Source: Paraspadella gotoi
Lineage: Eukaryota > Animalia > Chaetognatha
Length of the DNA: 64,000 nt
Reading direction: 5' to 3'
NCBI GenBank assembly: GCA_051294375.1
Contig: CM119270.1
Coordinates: 8,605,213-8,669,212, forward strand
The position numbers were made by a program, and so were the translations under genes. The notes beneath the pieces are model-generated. The model saw only the letters and a list, made by a program, of their open reading frames with translations, was not told the DNA's origin and did not search any database. Shown here piece by piece: positions 50,429-64,000 of this stretch (its first letter is position 1; each line of letters opens with the position of its first letter).

Positions 50429-53040
50429 ACTTGGAAACAAAACAAAAATTCATGATTAGACAAAAAAAAAAAAAAAAACCATAAATTTGGTAGAAAAATT
50501 TTATTCAGCTTTACCGAAAATCACTCTTATTTGTTTTGAAATATATTCAGTTTTATGAATCCGGTTAAAAACTGTCAGGTAGGTAGGTTCAGAGAAAATG
50601 AAACTAAAAGTTTAGGAAAATGCCATAAATAAAATTAACACAAGTAAATAAAAAAAAATTACTGACATGGACGATGTGCTTGAGAGTATCTCCAGACTTT
50701 ACTCTTGGTATTACGCGATAAATAGATGGACGGCTAACATTTAGCTTCAAAAAATACTGTAAAGTAAATGCTGCTCAAAAAAAGTCACAGTTTGATAGAC
50801 AAACATTATAGGCTTCATTTTTTAAAAAAGGAGCTTTCTACGGCGTCCTGGACGCCGTCTACAGGCCCCGGAAGCCGTCTCAATAATTATGTGTCAGATG
50901 TTAAACTGAATGATTCTGGAAAAGATTAGTGTGTGGCGGTATATTCACACCGCCTCGCTTCATTTACTTAATCCCAATTGCTCAGAGATAACTTGAGGCG
51001 ATGTCTAACCTTAAACCTTAAACCACTTAACCCTAACCACCCCTAACCTTAAGCCACCCCTAAACAATCCTTAACCCAAACCCCTCCCTAATCCCGGTCG
51101 GCGAAGGTAAAAGTAACCCCATATATATCATAAGTTTTTTTTCGGGTTTGATAAAAATGGGTGGGTACGTGTAAAATGTTTCTCAGGTGCCTACGACTTC
51201 GGAGGCCCCGTAAGGTGTTCAAAAAGCAGTCCCAGGAGTTTCATGAAATATTTAATAAAATGTATAGGCAATTTTTAAAAAAAATCTCTGAAATTGGTAT
51301 CGCATCCTTATTTCTTTGCCTATGCGATTGTCAATTTTCTTCATTGTAAAATAAATTTATTCAGTTCTGTCATTTTTCTCTAAATCAGATTGCAACAACA
51401 TTTATCAAAAAAAAAAGATTATCAAAAATTTTATTGTGTTAGAAACGTAGATGTCGCTACAAAATGGCCAACGATTAGCAGTGCACAAAATTAAACAAAA
51501 GTTACGAATGTTAAGTTTAAAAGTTCCAAAAAAATCTTAACATTCAATTTTGTTCGTAGGTTTATCAAAAGTATATTTTTAAAATGTTTGTATCATTCCT
51601 CAATCCTCATGCGTATAAATAGATATCTTTTGAATTATTACGAGAGGAGCCAAGGTAGTAACTCACTTTAGCTTCAGCAGGTATAAAATTTTTATATTTC
51701 ATGTCTTTTTTTTTCAAATCTGCCTTTAGTGACGTCCTATACTTTAATCCTTTTTTTATAATTGGTTGAAAACAAATGTTACAAGACAAAGCCTTACTAC
51801 AACATCGGATTGTATTTATTGTATCTAGGAAAAAAGTAAATGACATTTTTAATAAAAGATATCTACTCGAAAACTTATTTAATTTAAAAAAAATCAGAAC
51901 GTTTCCGAATCTATATTAAATTTCTTTTCAGTAGCTTCCTTCTATTTTTTTGTAGGTCAAATCGTTTAGAAGTTACAAGCAAAAAAATATTGTTACTTCA
52001 AATAAAAAATGGCGAAAAAAAAGAATTTAATTTTCTACCATTTTTTGTATTTAGTTATTTGTATTTATTTTAAATAGAGTTAGTCATTTTTTTAATATTT
52101 TTTTAATTTGGCAATGCTAAAGGCCTTGCACCTCTTTCTAGTTCAAAAAAGTATTATTATAGCTCTCAGAAAAGAGGGAAAGATACGCAACATTAATATT
52201 GGGGCTGCGCAGAATTGCGTTAAAGATGTTGAAAAACATTTCACTGTAATACCTCAATTTGCTGTATAAGAGCATACCCAAACAAAGGCAAGCAGTAGTT
52301 GATGCCGAGGAAGGGTATACCAAATATTGAGAATGTCATCATAATGTTTTACTCATATTTAATATACCAACTTTTTATTGAATAAATGAATTATGTCATA
52401 TACTTTTTTCCTAGATTGTATATTATATATTTAAAAACTCTTACAAATCTGACTTAACTCGCTGCTAAAATTCTACAGCTGCTGAAATTTAGACATTGAA
52501 ATATATCAGGTGAATTGAATTTTATTGTTTGAAAATAACTGACAACATTAATAAATTTGATTAGAAAAAAAATAAATTCGCGTAGAAAATACGGACCAGA
52601 TTAAATCATGACTAATTGTAAATACATCAATCTAAAATAAAAGCATGGTGATGGCATGGTGGTTTTTCTTTGCTTTTGTGTAGTAAATATGTTCTGTTGG
52701 GGTACCTACCGCATAGGTCGGTACGAAGGCAATGAAATAAGATTTAAAAAAAAACACTCATGAAGTTACAAAATAACGAATCTACAAACATGGATGAATG
52801 ATGTACTTGCTTGAATGCGGCTTTCGAAATAAAATCATACAACTTTTAGCAACCTCAAATTAATGGCAGCGTTTTCTTCAGAAGGTGGATTGGTAAATGG
52901 GCGAAAAGCGTCGGCATAAAACTAGTGTTAATTCTAAAATTTGAGATTGTGGGTGTGGAAATTATCTTGGTTGAATCGAACCAATGAGGTCTTTGGGAAG
53001 CGGAAGCCGCCGAAGGTTCTCTTTCAACTTCATAAACGAT

Positions 53041-56687
<3,647 letters not shown>

Positions 56688-57065
56688 CTGTAAACAAAAC
56701 AAAAAGAACAAGTTCATTAATTGTTCGTTGAGCTCGAAAATACGTGTTTTTCCTGTTTTAGGTTGGAAGAGGCGTTGATATTATTTATCAATTTATGCAT
56801 GGCTTTAATTTCAACGTCTTGGAATACATATGACGAATCTCGAATATAGTAACTATATTTGAAAAACATTATGAATGTAATTGAAATTAAAAAAAAAAGA
56901 TTCAGCTTTCGTTCACAGCAGGCCTAAATTTACAGCACACACAGAAGCAAAGAGACCACACAGCGTTTTCAAAAAAATGTATGTAATTGCATAACCAGTT
57001 AACCACCTTACACAACTCAGATTCAATTACGCAGATTCTTTTGATTGACTTTAAAAGAATGAAAA

Positions 57066-57102
<37 letters not shown>

Positions 57103-57196
57103 TGAAAAACTCGTGTTTGGCAATTTTTTTCCGACGTCGGTTCACAGAATGACATTCTGATTTCGTTTCTTTCTTGTTTATTTATTCGCTCAATGT

Positions 57197-57237
<41 letters not shown>

Positions 57238-57351
57238 ATATTTCTACGAAAAAATCGAAACTAAGAAATGAGTTAACATCGGTCGACTTCTTTCATTGAC
57301 TTTAGTTTGCTATTTGTTTGTTTTGATGAAACAAACAAAGTTTAGACAAAC

Positions 57352-57529
57352 CTTTCTTCTCCTAATCAGCGCCTTTGTAACGGCGTCGTCGGCGGCGTAG
57401 TCTCCGGCCACGCCCACCGCCAAATTATTGAACTGGAAGTAAGAATTCCTCGCCCTTCGAGTCGGCGAGACGGAGCGGGATTTGGCGGGAGAAGCGGAGC
57501 GACGGGGAAAGGAGAAAAAGCGCTTGGGA
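57352..57529 (-). CDS. Candidate alternative upstream exon of the TRIM9-like gene
   Basis: cag|...AAG|gtttg, open frame SPKRFFSFPRRSASPAKSRSVSPTRR...TKALIRRRK, joins in phase to TELSHVLQ; GC-rich like the other exons. Confidence 0.45.
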
Positions 57530-57850
57530 CTGTTTTGGTAGAAAGGGGGAAGATGATGGAGGAAATAGAATGAGGATAGAGAAATCAGTAGGGAAGGGTG
57601 AGATGGAAATATTAGAAAAGAAGAGAGGAAGGGGTGGAAGGAGAAAAGAAGATATTAAGTTAGGAAATAGTTTAGGGCAATGTGAGAAAGAGAAAGTAAT
57701 GAGAAAGAGCAGCGTTGAAAAGCAGAGGGAGAAACGACATTAATTTTGGAACCTGTGATCCTTGAACGCGCGGGATAGCGAGACCGAATGATCAGCGCGA
57801 AACTAATGACAGATGGTCATTGTTCGGTCATCGGGTCCACGACCCCGAAA

Positions 57851-57907
<57 letters not shown>

Positions 57908-58008
57908 TGGCCGTGTTTCTCCCGCGGCTCGACAACAACATAGCCTGCAGCGAGTCTTCGATCATTCGCACCTGATCGGCGACGTTGACGTCGACGATGC
58001 CGCCGACG

Positions 58009-58044
<36 letters not shown>

Positions 58045-59226
58045 TTGATGACGTCGAACTTCGAAACGACAAAGTCATCGGCATTTTCTTTTTCTTTTTC
58101 TTTTTTTTTTGTTTGTTTCAAGGAAACGAGTCTTGACGGAAATACTTCGTTTGTTAAGAATAAAAATGTTTTGGGATAATTTCTTGTAACGTTCTTCAGC
58201 GTTAATCTTTCTCTTGTTTTTTTTTGTTGTTTAAAATGTTTATTTTAATATATTAGCTATATGATCTTTTCTTCAGAATTATTTTTTTCTCGTAATTTCA
58301 ACTTTTAGTCAACCACCGCGGGCTTTCTTTCGATCAGTAAAATGACGTCATTGTAATTTTATTTTTTCGGCGTAAATTAATTTCCGTAATTAGAGCCCGA
58401 CGTTCCGCCTCTCGTGCCGAGGGCGAGAGATAGAGAGATGAATTTTTCGGGAAATACAATTTTAATTAACCGAATGAATCCGCGGTTTTATAGAAGTCTA
58501 ATCGATATTTTTTGGTAGGCGAATAAAATAGAGATAAAAAACGTCAGAAATGACACGTAGGAATTTTATTAGAAACGAAAGTTTCGGCCCAAACTTTGTT
58601 TTTATTCGATGCTGACGTTTCTGTTCACGTCGACGCCGATCACAAATTCTGCGAAAAACAACTCGTGTGAGATGTGACAAAGTCTAAAAAGCCTTTTTCG
58701 TGGTTCCGCTTCTCGCTGAGGGAGGTGGTGATGGGGGGGGTGACGAAAGACGAATAGGAGAAGGAGGGGTTTTAGATTCAACCAATGAGAGTGTCAGGAG
58801 TCGTCGATCGAATAGAGAGCCTCAACATTTTAAATCATGCTTCTCTGAAAAGATGAGCACCATGGAAACCAACCAATCGGAGGAAAGAAAAAACATTTGT
58901 TTCATAAGATTTGACCAATCAGTGATGGAATAAGCGATATAGTACGAGTTGAAAAAAGAAAACTCATCAGAATATATATCGTTGCTCTAATTAAACAGAA
59001 AATATCCACTCATCGCGGAGGTAATTCGTCTACCTTTTAGTTTTAACATCATTACCTCCTCCAATCAAAAACAAAAACAAGGTTCGAATCTCGAGATTAT
59101 AGACCAATCAGAAGCCAGGAAAAAATCCCGCGAGATTTTTCATAATCTCGATTTCGCCATCGGGAGAGTTCGTGAAAACTTAATGAGAAACTTTGAGCAA
59201 CGAGTAGGATAGAGAGCGAGACCATC

Positions 59227-59338
<112 letters not shown>

Positions 59339-59714
59339 TGGCAGAGGGTCACTCAGCCACGCGTTCCTTTCACAAGGGCGGTTTGTGATGTTTTAAAAAG
59401 CGTGACAGAAGGCTCTCAATAGAAAAGAGAGGAAGGAGAAGGAGGAGGAGGAGAGAGGACGGAGGAGGAGAGAGGGGGTGGGACGGAGGGCGCCACGGAC
59501 CTCAGAGGTTTGTGGCTTGAAATGGTTGAATGATTAATGATTCCGACGCCATCCTTTTAAAATACGACTTCGTTTATCGTTTCGAAAACATCTTTTGTTA
59601 AATATTACTTTTATTTTTTTTTTCTTCTCTTTTTCAATTTGAGTAATGGCTAATTCTGCCTTTAAAAAGGATATGAAGAATAAAAAGAGAAGGGAGCTTG
59701 TAACATTTTATCTT

Positions 59715-59754
<40 letters not shown>

Positions 59755-59766
59755 CTCTATCACTCT

Positions 59767-59801
<35 letters not shown>

Positions 59802-60614
59802 GAGATTTCAAAGCAATTCGTCGGTGGCAAAAAGAAAATCTTCTTCGTCGAAGATTAAAAGTTAAAAATCTAAAAAACGCGAATGAATCATCCAAATGAA
59901 TCACATTCATTTTTTTAATTCATATCAGTTCAAAGGTAAAAATCGGCGAAAACTCAAAGGCTTCGGGGTCGAAGGCTCCTCGACTTTAATTCAATTCCGA
60001 CTTTATTTTCAGTCGTTTCGCCATTGATGTAATCGTCCTAAAATCTTCTTTGATGGTCGATCAAACTTGTCTTTTGTCTGCCCATCATTCAATTAATTTC
60101 ATGGAAATACGAGACTGGATTGAGTAACTCTTTCGTCTAAAGTCGCTTTGTCACTGGTCAGTCAGTCAATATATAATCAAAACTTTGAGCAACGATTTCG
60201 ATGGAATCCTGCGATTATGTGATGGAGTCCTTCGATTATGTGATGGAGTCCTGCGATTATGTGATGGAAACAAGCCAAAAGTCGGAATATTACTTGAGGT
60301 TTTCTCTCATCCTCAAATTTTGAATCAAAACAAATCGGAGTTATAGCAAAAGGTTGGAATCATGCCAGAGTCCGAACATATAACAACATAACGAATCGTA
60401 TTTAAAGTTCAATAAAGTCGTGTTTGTTGGCAGACTCACAAATAAATCAAAAAAACACCTGGTAATTAAGATAATTAGCTAATGCTAAAACTCGAGGTCA
60501 TAGCGTTTTAAAGTGAAATCGTTAAAACTGAAATAAATTCAATTGTAAGATGTGAATATAAAAAAAAGCTAAATCCAATATATAAATAAGATATATCTAA
60601 AAGCTAAATAGTAT

Positions 60615-60931
60615 NNNNNNNNNNNNNNNNNNNNNNNNNNNNNNNNNNNNNNNNNNNNNNNNNNNNNNNNNNNNNNNNNNNNNNNNNNNNNNNNNNNNNN
60701 NNNNNNNNNNNNNNNNNNNNNNNNNNNNNNNNNNNNNNNNNNNNNNNNNNNNNNNNNNNNNNNNNNNNNNNNNNNNNNNNNNNNNNNNNNNNNNNNNNNN
60801 NNNNNNNNNNNNNNNNNNNNNNNNNNNNNNNNNNNNNNNNNNNNNNNNNNNNNNNNNNNNNNNNNNNNNNNNNNNNNNNNNNNNNNNNNNNNNNNNNNNN
60901 NNNNNNNNNNNNNNNNNNNNNNNNNNNNNNN
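60615..60931. other. Assembly gap
   Basis: Run of N. Confidence 1.
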
Positions 60932-61309
60932 NGAGGATGACGTCGAAAAAGGGTTAAGTACTGTTTATATGAATTTATGATGTATAGCGTGAAATTTCAG
61001 AATATTATCGCGAATCTAAATGTTAACGTTCTCTGTATCAAATCGATGCCTCGCAAGTTTCATTCTTGTCCCCGCCTAAAACACATTTACTTACGTATTT
61101 TTGCTTGATATAAAAAATTCAATTCATTTTCTCTCTTTTTTCTCTCTTTCTATTTCTCCATAAATAAAAAACCCCCGCTGATGCTCTTCGGATGATTCCG
61201 AATTGATTCCCTACATTCTCTCTCTCTCTCTGTGCACGGTACATTCGTAATTCCTTTTTTGTATCGTCAGAGAATTGCCAAATTGCCGTTAGACTACGCG
61301 CGAGTGAGA

Positions 61310-62581
61310 CGACGACGACGACCGACGAACGACGACGACGACGACGACGTTGATGACGTCGAAGAGAACTTCGAAACGACAAAGTCCTCGGCATTTCTTT
61401 TCTTTTTCTTTTTTTTTTTTTGTTCAAGAAACAGAGTCTTGACGAAATACTTCGTTGTTAAGAATAAAAATGTTTTGGGATAATTTCTTTGTAACGTTCT
61501 TCAAGCGTTAATCTTTCTCTGTTTTTTTTTGTTGTTTAACAATGTTTATTTTAATATATTAGCTATAAATCTTTTTCTTCAGAATTATTTTTTTCTCGTA
61601 ATTTCCAACTTTTAGTCACCACGCGGGCTTTCCTTTCGGATCAGTAAAATGACGTCATTGTAATTTTAATTTTTAAAGGCGTAAAATTAATTTCCGTAAT
61701 TAGAGGCCGACGGTTCCGCCTCTCGTGCCGAGGGGAAGAGATAAGAGATGAATTTTTCGGGAAATCAATTTAATTAACCGAATGAATCCGCGGTTTTATA
61801 GAAGTCTAAATCGATATTTTTTGGTAGGCGAATAAAATAGAGATAAAATTACGTCGAATGACACGTAGGAATTTTATTAGAAACGAAAGTTCGCCCAACT
61901 TTGTTTTTAATTCGATGCTGACGTTTCTGTTCACGTCGACGCCGATCACGAAATTCTGCGAAAAACAACTCGTGTGAGTATGTGACAAAGTCTAAAAAAG
62001 CTTTTTCGTGTTCCGCTTCTCGCTGAGGGAGTGTGATGGGGGGGGGTGACGAAAGACGAATAGGAGAAGGAGGGGTTTTAGATTCACAACCAATGAAGAG
62101 TGTAGGAGTCGTCGATCGAATAGAGAGCCCTCAACATTTTTAAATCATGCCTTCTCTGAAAAGATGAGACCAATGGACAACCAATCGAGGAAAGAAAAAA
62201 CATTTGTTTCATAAGATTTGACCAATCAGTGATGAATAAGCGATATATACGAGTTGAAAAAAGAAAACCCATCAGAATATATATCGTTCCTCTAATTAAA
62301 CAGAAAATATCCACTCCATCGCGGAGGTAAATTTCGTCTACCTTTTAGTTTTAAACATCATTACCTCCTCCATCAAAAACACAAAACAAGGTTCGAATCT
62401 CGAGATATAGACCAATCGAAGCCAGAAAAAATCCGCGAGATTTTTTCATAATCTCGATTTCGCCAGTCGGGAGATTGTGAAAACTTAATGAGAAAACTTT
62501 GAGCAACGAGTAGGATAGAGAGCGAGACCATCTGGGAGAAGACGAGAGAGAGAGAGAGAAGGAGAGAGAGAGAGAGAAGAA

Positions 62582-62618
<37 letters not shown>

Positions 62619-62619
62619 C

Positions 62620-62658
<39 letters not shown>

Positions 62659-63925
62659 TGGCAGAGGGTCACTCAGCCACGCGTTCCTTTCACAAAGGCG
62701 GTTTGTGATGTTTTTAAAAAGGCGTGACAGAAGGCTCTCAAAGAAAGAGAGGAGGCAGGAAAGAAGGAGGAGGAGGAGAGAGGGGGTGGGGACGAAGGCG
62801 CCACGGACCTCAGAGTTTGTGGCTTGAAAATGGTTGAATGATTAATGATTCCACGCCATCCTTTTAAAATACGACATTCGTTTACGTTTTCGAAACCATC
62901 TTTTTGTTAATATACTGTTTATTTTTTTTTCTTCTCTTTCCAATTTGGTAATGGTAAAATTCTGCCTTTAAAAAGGAATATTGAAGAATAAAAATAGAAG
63001 GGAGCTTGTAACATTTTATCTTTCTATCTCTCTCTCTCTCTCTCTCTCCTCTCTCTCTTCTCTCTCTCTCTCGTCTCTTCTCTCTTCTCGTCTCTCTCTC
63101 TCTCTCTCTCGAGATTTTCAAGCATTCGTCGAGGCAAAAGAAAATCTACTTCGTCGAAGTTAAAAGTTAAAAATCTAAAAAACGCGAATGAAAATCGAAT
63201 CCAATGAATCACATCAATTTTTTTTAAATTCATATCAGTTCAAAGGTAAAAATCCGGCGAATAAAACTCCAAAGGCTCGGGGTCGAAGCTCTCGACTTTA
63301 ATTCAATTCCGACTTTATTTTCAGTCGTTTCGCATTGAATGTCATGTCCTAAAATCTTCTTAGATGGTCGCATCAAACTTGTCTTTTGTCGCATCATTCA
63401 ATTAATTTCCATGAAATACGAGACTGGATTGAGTAACTCTTTTCGTCTAAAGTCGCTTTGGTCATGGTCCAGTCAGTTCATATAACTCAAAACTTTGAGC
63501 AACGATTTTCGATGGAAACCTGCGATTATGTGATGGAGTCCTTCGATATGTGATGGAGTCTGCGATTTATGTGATGGAAACAAGCCAAAAGTCGGATTTT
63601 ACTTGAAGGTTTTCTCGCATCCCCTCACATTTTGAAATCAAAAAAACAAATCGGAGTTTATAGCAAAAGGGTTGGAATCATTGCAGTCCCGAACCATATA
63701 ACACATAAACGAATCGTATTTAAAGTTGCAATAAAGTCGGTGTTTGTTGCTAGACTCATAAATAAATCAAAAAAACACTGGTAATTAAGATAATTAGCTA
63801 ATGTAAACTCGAGGTCATAGCTTTTAAAGTGAAATCGTTAAAATTGAAATAAATTCATTGTAAGATGTGAATAAAAAAAGCTAAAACCACTTATATAAAT
63901 AAGAATATCTAAAAGCTAAATAGTA
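61310..63925 (+). repeat. Indel-rich duplicate of about 58010-60614 (probable false duplication)
   Basis: Colinear copy on the other side of the gap, differing mostly by 1-bp indels. Confidence 0.85.
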
Positions 63926-64000
63926 TCTTAAAATGAAGGAAATGAAATAAAGGAAGCCGAAACCTCCGCGAAAAAGGATTTGATTTTTTTTTCTCTTCTC

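Noticed and set aside
60199-60268. Three ~21-bp direct repeats
   Set aside because: Short minisatellite with no spacers and no other supporting structure.

Overview
AT-rich, repeat-dense animal (invertebrate-like) genomic DNA with two convergent intron-rich genes. The + strand (about 2.6-50.4 kb, 5' end outside the window) carries a divergent SLC9C1/sNHE-like voltage-gated Na+/H+ exchanger (NHE TMs, voltage sensor, CNBD). Its CNBD appears to lack the cyclic-nucleotide-binding residues and it has a large basic/Ser-rich insert. The - strand (53.0-57.5 kb) carries the coiled-coil/COS/FN3/SPRY part of TRIM9/67. The introns hold a young internally deleted Bel/Pao LTR element, many Helentron-type (HINE/DINE-1-like) elements carrying minisatellites, hAT and Tc1/mariner-like MITEs, solo LTRs, and Penelope relics with minimal hammerhead ribozymes. 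The most unusual features are (i) two families of small LTR elements whose LTRs contain tRNA-like Pol III cassettes, including one complete 649-bp TRIM, and (ii) an LTR-like family with non-TG/CA ends, one copy of which is fused to about 41 nt of tRNA-Leu including CCA. The 58-64 kb duplication across the N gap is probably an assembly artefact. All homology calls come from motif recognition by eye; no searches were run.
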